This document shows positions 57,532-64,000 of a stretch of 64,000 bases of DNA, in pieces. Under the pieces are notes generated by a model that ran no database searches, had not been told where the DNA came from, and saw nothing but the letters and a program-made list of their open reading frames with translations. Origin of the DNA: Elusimicrobiota bacterium (lineage in GTDB: Bacteria > Elusimicrobiota > Endomicrobiia > Endomicrobiales > JBDRNC01). The translations under genes and the position numbers were made by a program. Position 1 is the first letter of the stretch. Every line of letters starts with the position of its first letter. The DNA lies in the NCBI GenBank assembly GCA_043811535.1, contig JBDRNC010000017.1, forward strand, positions 160,001 to 224,000, read 5' to 3'.

Positions 57532-57650
57532 ATAAAACGGACGGCATAGAGCCGTCCCAATAATGATTGAAAAAACAATCGTTTTTACTAAAACCTTTTT
57601 CCTCGCTTATAGCGGGGTGAAGGTGAGCCGGGACGGCTTCTTTTAAATGC
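57531..57650 (-). ncRNA. Ribosomal protein L20 leader (infC-rpmI-rplT attenuator)
   Basis: AGAAGCCGTCCC-GGCTCACCT...AGG...GGGACGGC pairing, with alternative terminator GGACGGC/GCCGTCC-GTTTTATT; resembles the Firmicutes L20 leader. Confidence 0.75.
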
Positions 57651-57708
57651 AATTGAAATATTTAAAGATTGAAAGATTCCAAGATTAAGGCAACTTAAAT
57701 ACAACAGA

Positions 57709-57737
57709 ATAATATCAATTTATTGTTAAAATGTCAA
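57709..57737 (-). promoter_or_regulatory. Promoter of the infC operon
   Basis: TTGACA (57732-57737), 17 bp, extended -10 TGa TATTAT. Confidence 0.7.
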
Positions 57738-57743
57738 TACTTT

Positions 57744-57850
57744 TCAATTAACAGTTAACAATTAGCAATTACCAATTAACAGCTTTACAACTAGCAATAA
57801 ATACTTAAAAGACGTTAATTGATAACTGATAATTGTTAATTGTTAATTGT
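57744..57850. repeat. Heptamer-repeat inverted hairpin (TTAACAA/TAGCAAT type)
   Basis: ttaacag ttaacaa ttagcaa ttaccaa ttaacag ... ttgataa ctgataa ttgttaa ttgttaa; overlaps the thrS stop. Confidence 0.8.
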
Positions 57851-59587
57851 AGGATACGCCGCTTCTTTGAGCAGTTCAGCGATGAAATCATCAGTTTTCT
57901 TGACGCCGAGGTCTTTATTTCCTCTCGCCCTTATCGCGACTGAATCAGATTCCTTTTCCTTGTCGCCTACAACCAATTGATAAGGCACCTTTTGCAGGCT
58001 GGCCTCGCGTATCTTGAGCCCGATTTTTTCGTTCCTGGCGTCAAGGCGCACGCGCAAGCCGGCGTCCTTCAGTTTCTTCACGACGCTCTCGGCGTATTCA
58101 AGCTGTTTCTCGGTGATATTCATAACGACTGCCTGTTCCGGAGCCAGCCAGACCGGAAAGGCGCCCGCGTAATGTTCAATAAGCACGCCGAAGAACCTTT
58201 CAAGCGAACCCATAAGCGCCCTGTGTATCATGTACGGGCGGGTCTTTTTGCCGGATTGGTCTATATAGGTCATGTCAAAACGGTCAGGAAGGTTAAAATC
58301 GAACTGTATTGTTGAACACTGCCACTCGCGGCCGATTGCGTCTTTTATCTTGATGTCTATCTTTGGGCCGTAAAAAACGCCGCCGCCCTCGTCAATAGTG
58401 CACTCAAGCCCTTCGGCTTTCACCGCTTCCTGCAGCGCCTTGGTGGCCTCTGCCCATTTCGTATCATCGCCGACGGCGTCAACTTTTGGTTTTGTGGCGA
58501 TGTAGATATTGTATTCGCTGAATCCGAAGGCTTTAAGCATGTCAAGGCAGAACCGCAATACCCGCCTGATCTCGTCCGGCATCTGTTCCGGCGCGCAGAT
58601 TAGGTGCGCGTCATCCTGGGTGAATCCCCTCACGCGCATGAGCCCGTGAAGAACGCCGCTTTTTTCGTAGCGGTAAACCGTTCCGAGTTCCGCCCAGCGT
58701 AAAGGCAGGTCCCTGTATGAATAAAGCGAGTTGTTGTAAATCATTATGTGGAACGGGCAGTTCATCGGCTTCGCGTAGTAATCCTGAAGGTCAATCTTCA
58801 TCGGGGCATACATATTGTCTTTATAGAACCCGAGATGACCGCTGGTCTCCCAGAGGTTGCTTCTTCCGATATGCGGAGTGTTTACGAGTTCGTATCCGTT
58901 AGTGAGATGCTGGGCGCGCCAGAAATTCTCAATCTCAAGGCGGATTCGGGCGCCTTTCGGATGCCATATCACAAGGCCCGGCCCGACCTCTTCATTTATC
59001 GAGAAAAGGTCAAGTTCCTTCCCCAGTTTCCTGTGGTCGCGTTTTTTTGCTTCTTCAAGCTTGAGAAGGTGCGCTTCCAGCTCTTCCTTGGTAGGAAAAA
59101 CAGTGCCGTATATGCGCTGGAGCTGTTCCCTTTTTTCGTCTCCGCGCCAGTACGCGCCCGCTATGGAAAGCAGTTTGAAATGTTTTATGCGGCTGGTATA
59201 GTCTATATGCGGGCCGCGGCAAAGGTCGGTGAAACTGCCGGACTCGTAAAAGGTTACCTTATCGTCGGGAATGGTCTCTATGAGTTCAATCTTGTATTTC
59301 TCGCCCTTGCTCCTGAAATACTCAAGCGCCTCGGGTTTGGATTTTGTGGAACAGACGAATTTGTGGTTGCCCTTGGCGATCTCCTTCATCTTTTCTTCAA
59401 TTTTTGAAAGTTCGTCAGGGGTGAAGGGATTGGGCCTGTCGAAATCGTAATAGAAACCATCCTCTATCGACGGGCCGATGGCAACTTTGGTTTCCGGGAA
59501 CAGCTCCACGACTGCCGCCGCCATAAGATGCGCGGTGGAGTGCCTTAGAGTGTCAATATCGAATCTGCTCTTTTTCTCTTCTTCCAT
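57836..59587 (-). CDS. thrS: Threonine--tRNA ligase (no N-terminal TGS domain)
   Basis: HSTAHL, DLCRGPH, RDHRKLG, KPMNCP, FTQDDAH, YGPKID. Confidence 0.97.
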   Translation of the reverse strand: MEEEKKSRFDIDTLRHSTAHLMAAAVVELFPETKVAIGPSIEDGFYYDFDRPNPFTPDELSKIEEKMKEIAKGNHKFVCSTKSKPEALEYFRSKGEKYKIELIETIPDDKVTFYESGSFTDLCRGPHIDYTSRIKHFKLLSIAGAYWRGDEKREQLQRIYGTVFPTKEELEAHLLKLEEAKKRDHRKLGKELDLFSINEEVGPGLVIWHPKGARIRLEIENFWRAQHLTNGYELVNTPHIGRSNLWETSGHLGFYKDNMYAPMKIDLQDYYAKPMNCPFHIMIYNNSLYSYRDLPLRWAELGTVYRYEKSGVLHGLMRVRGFTQDDAHLICAPEQMPDEIRRVLRFCLDMLKAFGFSEYNIYIATKPKVDAVGDDTKWAEATKALQEAVKAEGLECTIDEGGGVFYGPKIDIKIKDAIGREWQCSTIQFDFNLPDRFDMTYIDQSGKKTRPYMIHRALMGSLERFFGVLIEHYAGAFPVWLAPEQAVVMNITEKQLEYAESVVKKLKDAGLRVRLDARNEKIGLKIREASLQKVPYQLVVGDKEKESDSVAIRARGNKDLGVKKTDDFIAELLKEAAYPTINN

Positions 59588-59738
59588 AAGTGTGTGCTGA
59601 GATTTGAAAGGAGATAGTTGACCGCAGGTGAGATTTTACCGACAACTATTACCTAAATTTACGTCTTATACTGTATACGTTTCAAATAGCTACTCTCTAC
59701 TTTCACCTGCTCTATCGCCTTTTTTGAAAGAAGGCGAT

Positions 59739-59811
59739 AGGTGCGGGTCGGAATTGAACCGACGAATGATGGTTTTGCAGACCACCCCCTTAGCCACTTG
59801 GGTACCGCACC
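59739..59811 (-). tRNA. tRNA-Cys (GCA)
   Basis: GGTGCGG acceptor stem, anticodon loop CTGCAAA, GGTTCAATTCC T-arm; CCA not encoded. Confidence 0.93.
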
Positions 59812-59822
59812 TTTGTGAAATT

Positions 59823-59943
59823 TGGTGCCCGATACAGGACTCGCCTGCCCGCCGCAGCTATGTTGACGATGCGGCGAATAGCCGCGTCTATCGGCAACAT
59901 GTCCAGCGCAGGCGGGAACCTGTACCTGCCCGGAAGGGCAGGT
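59823..59943 (-). pseudogene. Duplicated tRNA-Val 3' end (with CCA) split by a 73-nt palindromic insertion
   Basis: 59826-59843 plus 59917-59923 equals tRNA-Val 59998-60022; insert 59844-59916; second hairpin 59924-59943. Confidence 0.75.
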
Positions 59944-59997
59944 CTTTGGGCAAACTGCTGTTCAAACCTGTCAAAATATCGCGTTTAGAGAAAGTAA

Positions 59998-60072
59998 TGC
60001 CCGATACAGGACTCGAACCTGTGACCTCTTCCATGTCAAGGAAGCGCTCTAACCAAACTGGGCTAACCGGGC
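59998..60072 (-). tRNA. tRNA-Val (GAC)
   Basis: GCCCGGT/ATCGGGC acceptor stem, CTTCC-TTGACAT-GGAAG anticodon arm, GGTTCGAGTCC; one D-stem mismatch; followed by TTA rather than CCA. Confidence 0.88.
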
Positions 60073-60267
60073 ATTGACGTCGGATGAGCTTTACAATCTA
60101 ATTCATCGACGGTAAAACTCAAATATATGTAAAAGAACTGACAATTTCTGAAAACTCCTGAACATCTAAAAAAGTGCGTGTTTTTGGGTTGATTACAGAT
60201 AATTTACAGATGGAATTGCTTCAAATAGGGCCAAAAACAACATATCCTACATATATAGCGTTTATGG

Positions 60268-60296
60268 ATTATACAAAATATCCGGCTAAAATTCAA
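60268..60296 (-). promoter_or_regulatory. Promoter of the tRNA-Val/tRNA-Cys unit
   Basis: TTGAAT (60291-60296), 17 bp, TATAAT (60268-60273). Confidence 0.6.
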
Positions 60297-60312
60297 ATAT
60301 TAGTTGGTTAAA

Positions 60313-61657
60313 GGTATTGTACAATAAAGTGTTGAAGTTTGGTTTGGTTTTCTTTTCTTTTTTGCTTCTTTTTTCTTTTAGAAGTTGACTCTCAAAAGAA
60401 AAGGGGCTATTCTCCTAGATGTTATCGCGAAATAACCAAGGAGGTAGCCCATGAGCAGTTTAGCACAGTTGTACTTAAATGACAAGGATTTATCCGTTCG
60501 ATGGTCGAACATCACCGAAGATTTTACCGGTGAACTCAAGAAAGAGGCTCAAATAGCACTCAGGAAATTAATAACCACCAGCACGGAAATCCAGGTTCAG
60601 GATCTCATAGGTTCTGATAAATGGCAGCACAACTATCAAAGAACTGTGTATCGCCACGGGTATCGCTCACGTGGGTTGCTTACCAGCTTCGGATACCTTG
60701 CTAATATCAGGGTCCCACGAATAAGTTCAGGCAAGCTCAGCTTCAAGTGCTTTAAAGCATACAAGCAAAGGGCTTTCGATGTCGACGAACTAGTGCTTAA
60801 AATGTTCCTTGCCGGTGTATCAACAAGAAGGGTCAAGGAAGTCCTTGAACCATTGCTCGGATACAACTGTATCAGTGCTTCTTCTGTTTCTGAAATCACA
60901 AAGAGCTTAAATGCCCAGGTCGATAAATATCATGCAAGACGGCTTGTTGATGATTATATCTATCTTATCGCTGACGGCGTATATTTCAACGTCAAAAACC
61001 CTGTATGGAAAAAGAGGCGCTGCGTGCTAGTCGTTTACGGCATCAAAGCAAACGGTATACGCGAACTTATTGACTTTGAACTTGCCTCAAATGGCGAATC
61101 GCAAATAGCTTGGGAGCGTTTCCTTAACCGCCTCTATCACAGGGGCCTTGAAGGCAAGAATCTTAACCTTGTTGTTCGTGACGGCAACAAGGGGCTTAAA
61201 AATGCCTTAAACAACGTATTCCTTAATGTCCTTCAGCAACCTTGCTGGGCTCATAAACTGCGTAATGTAGCCAATAAAGTATCAAAGAAACTTCAACCGC
61301 TCTGTTTAAGTCAGGCACGCGATATTTATTTAGCTTCTGATCATAGAGCCGCCCTTAGAATTTTCAAATCCTGGGCTAAAACATGGCAACCTATTGCTCC
61401 GGAAGCTGTCGCCTGTTTAAATGAAGATATTTTTGATTTGCTCTCGTTTTTCAAAGAGCCTGAACACCTATGGCGTAAGCTTCGTACTTCCAACATCATT
61501 GAGCGTTGTTTCAGGGAAGTTCGCAGAAGAACAAGGCCCATGAGCTGCTTCCAAAATTCTGACAGTATTCAGCGTATTATTTACGCCATTTTCTTTAGAC
61601 AAAACAATATTTGGGAGAATAAGCCGATTAAACTTCCACGCAATTCTTGACATTACC
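60313..61657 (+). mobile_element. IS256-family insertion sequence, 1345 bp
   Basis: Imperfect 27-bp TIRs (GGTATTGT..GAAGTT / AACTTC..ACATTACC); exact 9-bp TSD TTGGTTAAA at 60304-60312 and 61658-61666. Confidence 0.93.
60451..61650 (+). CDS. IS256 (Mutator-type) DDE transposase
   Basis: YRHGYRSR, GVSTRRV, LIADG, RDG..GL, CWAHKLRN, RTSNIIERCFREVRRRTR; AAGGAGG SD. Confidence 0.93.
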   Translation: MSSLAQLYLNDKDLSVRWSNITEDFTGELKKEAQIALRKLITTSTEIQVQDLIGSDKWQHNYQRTVYRHGYRSRGLLTSFGYLANIRVPRISSGKLSFKCFKAYKQRAFDVDELVLKMFLAGVSTRRVKEVLEPLLGYNCISASSVSEITKSLNAQVDKYHARRLVDDYIYLIADGVYFNVKNPVWKKRRCVLVVYGIKANGIRELIDFELASNGESQIAWERFLNRLYHRGLEGKNLNLVVRDGNKGLKNALNNVFLNVLQQPCWAHKLRNVANKVSKKLQPLCLSQARDIYLASDHRAALRIFKSWAKTWQPIAPEAVACLNEDIFDLLSFFKEPEHLWRKLRTSNIIERCFREVRRRTRPMSCFQNSDSIQRIIYAIFFRQNNIWENKPIKLPRNS

Positions 61658-61745
61658 TTGGTTAAAAGGTGCAAAATGCGACTTTTAGCTGGGGCGGTAC
61701 ATGTCCGAAAACTAAGGGAAATAGGTATGTGCATTAGCATTCCCC

Positions 61746-62693
61746 TTATAATTTATTGTCCCTTATTAGTCGCCAATAATAACGCCCCAACTTTGTTAGT
61801 TTGCAGGATTTTGAATTTTTTGCGGCAAAATACATATGTTCCTCGCCAACTGGTTCGACAAGCCCGGCATACCTCATCTTTTGCAAATCTCTAAATATTG
61901 TTTCTTTCGCCATATCGCGCGGTTCAAGTTCTGCCTCATATTCTGGGCCTAAAGGTAACTCTTCGGCAGGAAGCGGAAAATAGTCGATTACTTTCTTTAG
62001 AATTTTGTGTTCAATACAAGGTTTCGCATTTCGCAAGACGATGAATTGTGATACATTTGACTTGAACATTGGTCTTTGCCCCCAAGCCCCCATTGCGTTA
62101 TCAATATATGCATAAGCACTAGCAGCGGTTACTTCACCGAGTAAACCGGCAGCCCCACCATCTAATGCTTCGACAAGTAATGAGGTGAATACTCCTCCAC
62201 CTCCTTCTTCTAACGATGCTTGATTATCCCTTGTGGCCGTGATTATTGAAACACCTTCAGAAAGGATTATTCTGTCATTTTTTAATTCTGGAACTTCACC
62301 AAAAGCACCGCTGTTGCAGCAATCCAGTGTAATGAAGATGTTCTTGACTTCTGAATCATTCGCTAAAGATAGAACCTCGCTCATCGAAATACCAACATCG
62401 TAGCTCACAGAGTCAGGTGTTACAAGATATCCACCAATGCCGTTTAGAAGACCATGTCCTGAATAGTGTAAAAACGCGATATCAGCTGGAGAGCCAAACA
62501 ATTCTGAGATAGCTTTTCGAATAGCCGGTCTCGTTATTACCTGTGTTGGTGCAATCAAAGTTTTGCATTCAAAGTTCAATGTGCCATCATTGTGGTGAGA
62601 GAGTACCTTTGACATGCGCTTGGCATCATTCACGCAACCATTTAATGGTTTTGATGGATAATCATCAATACCAATAATAAGAGCCCTTTTCAT
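61746..62693 (-). CDS. Caspase-like (peptidase C14) protease with C-terminal extension; Thoeris type IV-like effector
   Basis: KRALIIGIDDY, LNGCVNDA, catalytic YSGHG and LDCCNSG, GVFTSLLVEAL. Confidence 0.88.
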   Translation of the reverse strand: MKRALIIGIDDYPSKPLNGCVNDAKRMSKVLSHHNDGTLNFECKTLIAPTQVITRPAIRKAISELFGSPADIAFLHYSGHGLLNGIGGYLVTPDSVSYDVGISMSEVLSLANDSEVKNIFITLDCCNSGAFGEVPELKNDRIILSEGVSIITATRDNQASLEEGGGGVFTSLLVEALDGGAAGLLGEVTAASAYAYIDNAMGAWGQRPMFKSNVSQFIVLRNAKPCIEHKILKKVIDYFPLPAEELPLGPEYEAELEPRDMAKETIFRDLQKMRYAGLVEPVGEEHMYFAAKNSKSCKLTKLGRYYWRLIRDNKL

Positions 62694-63085
62694 TATCGAG
62701 CTCCACTAATTAATGCCTTCAAATTATCCCAAGTCCATTTATAGACCTTGTCCTCTGATTTAGCAGTGGTGGGTTTGATACAGCCTTTATCTGAGTAAGC
62801 AGCTAGAAGAAAGTACGGCGTTTCCTTTTCCTGAGCAATCTTCACTTCGGCAGCAACGCCGGTTGCCTCATGTGTGTGCTCACCACATAGAACAATTACC
62901 ACATCAATATTATCCATCCGACGTTTAACTTTATCCTTCCAATCACCTGAAAGAGGTTCCTTTACCGAGGCATCGATGAAGTCAAACGGACTGTCAGACA
63001 GCCTGGCCTGCCCCGCAAGCATGATCTTTGTACCTCCATCATGATCAACGTCGAAACTGATGAAAACCCTCTTTTTTGTTGCCAT
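62693..63085 (-). CDS. ThsB-like TIR-domain protein
   Basis: RVFISFD, DVVIVLCGEHT, GVAAEV (putative catalytic Glu), KWTWDNL; TAATG overlap with the caspase gene. Confidence 0.85.
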   Translation of the reverse strand: MATKKRVFISFDVDHDGGTKIMLAGQARLSDSPFDFIDASVKEPLSGDWKDKVKRRMDNIDVVIVLCGEHTHEATGVAAEVKIAQEKETPYFLLAAYSDKGCIKPTTAKSEDKVYKWTWDNLKALISGAR

Positions 63086-63148
63086 TTTTACCTTCCTTCA
63101 CGTATTTGATTTGCCGATTTCCTTGCTCATTTTGTAGGTAATAAGAAG

Positions 63149-63796
63149 TTATGTTTTTTGGTAGTCACCTTGGAAACTTACATTCATTCCAAAGTAACCA
63201 GGTATATATTTTTCTGTTGCTTTTAGTCCATCTTCGGTTAATTCAAGTTTTATTTGATACTCTTTGTCACCGATTGCGTGTTTAAAATATATTATATTGC
63301 TTTTTAATTCTGTTTCAAAGTCAAGTTCACCAATGTTTGGCCCACATTCTCTTGTTTTACCCCAGAGAGCGAATCCTTGAACTTTGACTTTATTGTCTCC
63401 AAGATAGTGAATATCTAATTCTGCATTGCTATATTCACCATCTCGTATATAGTGTCCTGATATATTTTCATTTAATTCAGTTGTAATTTTATCAAAAGTA
63501 ACCGGCTGTTTCCATAGAGTATCAATTTTTTTATAAAGTTGTTTCCTGTATTCCTTTGCCTCACTCATTGTTATATTTTTGCTTTGCTTATTGGATGCAT
63601 CGTATTGATTGTGATGATTTAAACAAAGATATGCTAAATTATCTTGCTCGTTGTTTGACGGATTGCGGTCGAGATGAGCAATTTGCCCGGCTTTCTGCTG
63701 AATGTCATGGTCGAGTCCAAAACATAGGCAACACCGCCTACGTGATGACAGCAGAATAATAGTTTCAGTAGTTACATTTAGCTTTTTTCTAGTCAT
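63149..63796 (-). CDS. HNH-like nuclease domain fused to an unknown beta-rich C-terminal domain
   Basis: RRCCLC...QIAHLD.NPSNN..DNLAYLCLNHH zinc/HNH pattern; AT-rich. Confidence 0.65.
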   Translation of the reverse strand: MTRKKLNVTTETIILLSSRRRCCLCFGLDHDIQQKAGQIAHLDRNPSNNEQDNLAYLCLNHHNQYDASNKQSKNITMSEAKEYRKQLYKKIDTLWKQPVTFDKITTELNENISGHYIRDGEYSNAELDIHYLGDNKVKVQGFALWGKTRECGPNIGELDFETELKSNIIYFKHAIGDKEYQIKLELTEDGLKATEKYIPGYFGMNVSFQGDYQKT

Positions 63797-64000
63797 TTTA
63801 TTGTATAATTTAAGTAGTTACTTGCATAAAAACTAACTCCCAATATTACACACGATAAAGGAACACTTGTCATGAAAAATAACCTATCTTCCATAATTGA
63901 TTTCCAAATACTATCTATTACTATATTCTACTAATGATAATACTATTTTACATAATTTGTGTTGCTTTGTTTAAATAGCATAGATATTTTTAAATATCAT

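Noticed and set aside
263..59407. Numerous plus-strand and alternate-frame ORFs (e.g. 1199-1975, 7724-8548, 27971-28729, 44055-45098)
   Set aside because: They are antisense or frame shadows of well-supported minus-strand genes and have no recognisable motifs
57836..59587. ThrS lacking the TGS domain as a novelty
   Set aside because: Short ThrS forms are common in bacteria, and the editing and catalytic motifs are intact
59588..59738. T-box leader upstream of thrS (also checked leuS and pheS)
   Set aside because: No GGTGGNACCGCG T-box motif or specifier stem; only weak inverted repeats and a hairpin without a U-tract
59628..60077. 149-aa plus-strand ORF
   Set aside because: It lies antisense across two tRNA genes and palindromic inserts
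59823..64000. Interpreting the defence cassette as lying between the tRNA-Val att repeats
   Set aside because: The duplicated 3' ends enclose under 200 bp downstream of tRNA-Val; the IS and TIR-caspase genes are upstream, and no integrase is visible in the window

Overview
Bacterial chromosomal segment from a diderm organism (bamA, tamB, lolCD, lnt, lptE) that also carries rny, mcsA-mcsB-clpC, ktrAB and a Firmicutes-type L20 leader. That mix suggests Elusimicrobiota or a similar lineage (inference only). About 60 kb is housekeeping DNA, almost all on the minus strand: bamA, tamB, clpC-mcsB-mcsA, ilvE, lolD/lolC, lysS, prfB (+1 frameshift), lnt, a GAF-GAF-ANTAR regulator, secA, uvrC, murJ, rpsT (+), holA, leuS, tlyA, dxs, ispA, xseBA, ymdB, rny, rarA, zapA/zapB, pheTS, ktrAB, rplT-rpmI-infC, thrS, tRNA-Cys and tRNA-Val. 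The last 4 kb is AT-rich accessory DNA. It holds an intact IS256-family element (27-bp imperfect TIRs, exact 9-bp target duplication) and a three-gene HNH-like / ThsB-like TIR / caspase-like protease cassette. That cassette resembles type IV Thoeris plus an extra nuclease-fusion gene and is the strongest candidate for an interesting system. The non-coding DNA is heavily structured. About 18 gene junctions carry hairpins built from 6-8-nt tandem repeats, and several dispersed palindromic element families occur. One palindrome is inserted in-frame in pheT, and another splits a duplicated tRNA-Val 3' end. A 78-nt rod sits at the usual 6S RNA position, and infC probably starts at a non-canonical GTC codon. 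All calls come from reading the sequence; no database searches were run.
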